Shown one piece after another: positions 61,795 through 64,000 of a stretch of DNA of 64,000 nt; the stretch's first letter is position 1, and each line of letters begins with the position of its first letter. Below the pieces are notes generated by a model, which saw only the letters and a list, made by a program, of their open reading frames with translations, did no database searches and was not told the DNA's origin. The DNA comes from Mobula hypostoma (Eukaryota): contig NC_086108.1 of NCBI RefSeq assembly GCF_963921235.1, positions 3,968,001 to 4,032,000 of the forward strand, written 5' to 3'. The translations under genes were made by a program, and so were the position numbers.

Positions 61795-62410
61795 ATAAGA
61801 CCATAAGATCACAAGATGTATGAACAGAATTAGGCCATTTGGCCCATCGAGTCTTCTCCACCATTTCATCATGGCTGGTCCTTTTTCCCCTCAGCTTCAA
61901 TCTCCTGCCTTCTCCACATATCCCTTCATGCCCTGACTAATCAAGAATCTATCAACTTCTGCCTTAAATACACCCAATGACTAGGCCTCCACAGCCACCT
62001 GTGAAAATGAATTCCACAGATTCACCATTCTCTGGTTAAAGAAATTCCTCCCCATCTCTGTTCTAAAAGGAAACCCCTCTATTCTGAAACTGTGTCCTCT
62101 GATCTTCTCCCACCATAGGAAACATCCTCTCGATATCCACTCTGTCAAGGGCTTTCAACATTCGATAGGTTTCAATGGGGTCATTCAATTCGTTCATTCA
62201 TCTGAATTCCAGTGTGTACAGACCCAGAGCCATCAAACACTCCTCATATGACAAGACTTTCAATCCTGGAATCATTCTCATGAATCTCCTCTGAACCCTC
62301 TCCAATGCCAACACATCCTTACTTAAATAAGGGGCCCAAAACTACTCTCAATATTCCTGGTGAGGCCTCACCAATGTCATATAAAGCCACAACATCACAT
62401 CCTAGCTTCT
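61795..62410 (-). mobile_element. CR1 3' fragment
   Basis: Aligns with 54800-55400 and 33185-33630. Confidence 0.8.
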
Positions 62411-62414
62411 AATT

Positions 62415-63380
62415 AGAATCAGGTTTATTATCACCAGCATGCGTCATGAAAGTGTTAACTTAGCAGCAGCAGTTCAATTCAATACATAATATAGAAGAAA
62501 AATAATAATAAATAAGTCAATTCCAGTATATGTATATTGAATAGATTATAAATCGTGCAAAAATAGAAATAACACATACCAAAAAGTGAAGTAGTGTTTA
62601 TGGGTTTAAAGTCCATTCAGGAATCAGATGGCTGAGGGGAAGAAGCTGTTCCTGAATTGCTGAGTGTGTGCCTTCAGGCTTCTGTACCTCCTGCCTGATG
62701 GCGAAAGTGAGAAAAGGGCATGCACTGGGTGCTGGAGGTCGTTAATAATGGACGCTGCCTTTCTGAGACACCACTCCTTGAAGACTAGCACCCAAGATGG
62801 AGCCAACTAAATTTAAGTCCCTCTGCAGTTTCTTTCGGTCCTGTGCAGTAGCCCTCCCATACCAGACAGTGATGCAGTCTGTCAGAATGTTCTCCATGGT
62901 ACATCTATAGAAGTTTTTGAGTGTTTTTGTTAACATAGCAAATCTCTTCAAACTCCTAATGAAGTATAGTCATTGTCTTGCCTTCTTTGTAATTACATCG
63001 ATATGTTGGGACCAGGTTAGATCCTCAGAGATCTTGACACCCAGGAACTTGAAACTGCCCACACTCTCCACTTCTGATCCCTCTGTGAGGATTGGTGTGT
63101 GTTCCTTCGTCTTACCCTTCCTGAAATCCACAATCAGCTCTTTCGTCTTACTGATGTTGAGTGCCAGGTTGTTGCTGTGACACCACTCCACTAGTTGGCA
63201 TATCTCACTCCTGTTCGCCCTCTCGTCACCACCTGAGATTCCACCAACAATGGTTGTATCGTCAGCAAATTTGTAGATGGTATTTGAGCTGTGCCTAGCC
63301 ACACAGTCACGTATATACGGAGAGTAGAGCAGTGGGCTAAGCATCAGTGTTGATCGTCAGCGAGGAGGAGATACTATCAT
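62415..63380 (-). mobile_element. Rex1/Babar-type LINE 3' fragment
   Basis: [46 protein letters not shown] motifs. Confidence 0.85.
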
Positions 63381-63649
63381 CATCCGCCCATCACATCCCT
63401 CTGGTGCCCCTTCTCTTTCCCTTTCTTAAAGACCATCACCCCACTGAGGCATTGATCACTGACACCACCTCCCCATTGTCCTCTGTCCTGGCCCAAAGGT
63501 AGATTGGACCTGTGGTTTCCGCTTTCACTACACGCCTTAACACGTCTCCCAGGGATAGGGTCCTTGGAGCTTCTGTGGCTCTGGGTTTTTCCAGGATGGG
63601 TTCTAGCCCCATGCCCAACCCTCCTCCCCTTGCAGCAGGCTTGGGACCG

Positions 63650-63980
63650 TTGATGGTGGAGTTCCACTCTGCCCTCCTATCAGATTCCTTCTTCTTTAGC
63701 CCAGTTTCACATTTCATTCCACCCCCCCCCACCCACCTACCTTCCCCCTCACCTGTTCTCACCTGTCACCTGCCACCTGCCAGTTTGTACTACTCCACCT
63801 TTCCCCAATCTTTTTATCCTGGCTTCTTCCCCTTACTTTCCAGTCCGGATGAAGGGTCTCGATCCAAAAAGTTGACTGTTTATTCATTTCCGTAGATGCT
63901 GCCTGACCTGCTGAGTTCCTCCGGCAGATTGTGTGTATTGCTCGAGATTTCCTGCATCTGCAGAATTTCTTCTTTGTGTT
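63650..63980 (+). mobile_element. Penelope 3'-tail-derived repeat with decayed hammerhead
   Basis: Pyrimidine-rich tract then CAGTCCGGATGAAGGGTCTCGATCCAAAAAGTTGACTG..TAGATGCTGCCTGACCTGCTGAGTTCCTCC, as at 19440-19600. Confidence 0.75.
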
Positions 63981-64000
63981 TAAGTGGTAGCTCTGATGGC

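Noticed and set aside
50000..64000. A downstream neighbouring gene
   Set aside because: All recognisable ORFs are CR1, Rex-type, Tc1 or Penelope debris; the unique patches (about 53960-54350 and 59040-59780) show no convincing exon.

Overview
Eukaryotic, repeat-dense vertebrate DNA. The repeat mix (CR1, Rex1/Babar-type, V-domain/HE1-like SINEs, Penelope, Tc1) suggests a cartilaginous fish, probably a ray; this is an inference. The only host gene is the 3' part of COQ8B (ADCK4, atypical UbiB/ABC1 kinase) on the + strand: 8 coding exons from 11230 to 49701 that splice in phase into 344 aa plus stop, with a GC-AG final intron. The rest is intronic or intergenic transposon debris, often nested. 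The most notable item is a complete 4.07-kb non-autonomous Gypsy-type LTR element (4581-8648, - strand, LTRs about 97% identical, tRNA-Pro PBS). Its single 555-codon ORF fuses decayed protease/RT sequence in frame to what looks like a captured, intronless myosin heavy-chain rod fragment (MYH16-like). Several Penelope-derived minimal hammerhead ribozyme motifs also lie in the introns; one has a perfect core and one sits in a 120-bp-arm palindrome. Other elements: a four-level L1/RTE/Penelope nest, a near-complete IR/DR Tc1, a Chapaev3-type remnant and a G-rich 44-bp minisatellite. All family assignments rest on motif recognition by eye, not on database searches.
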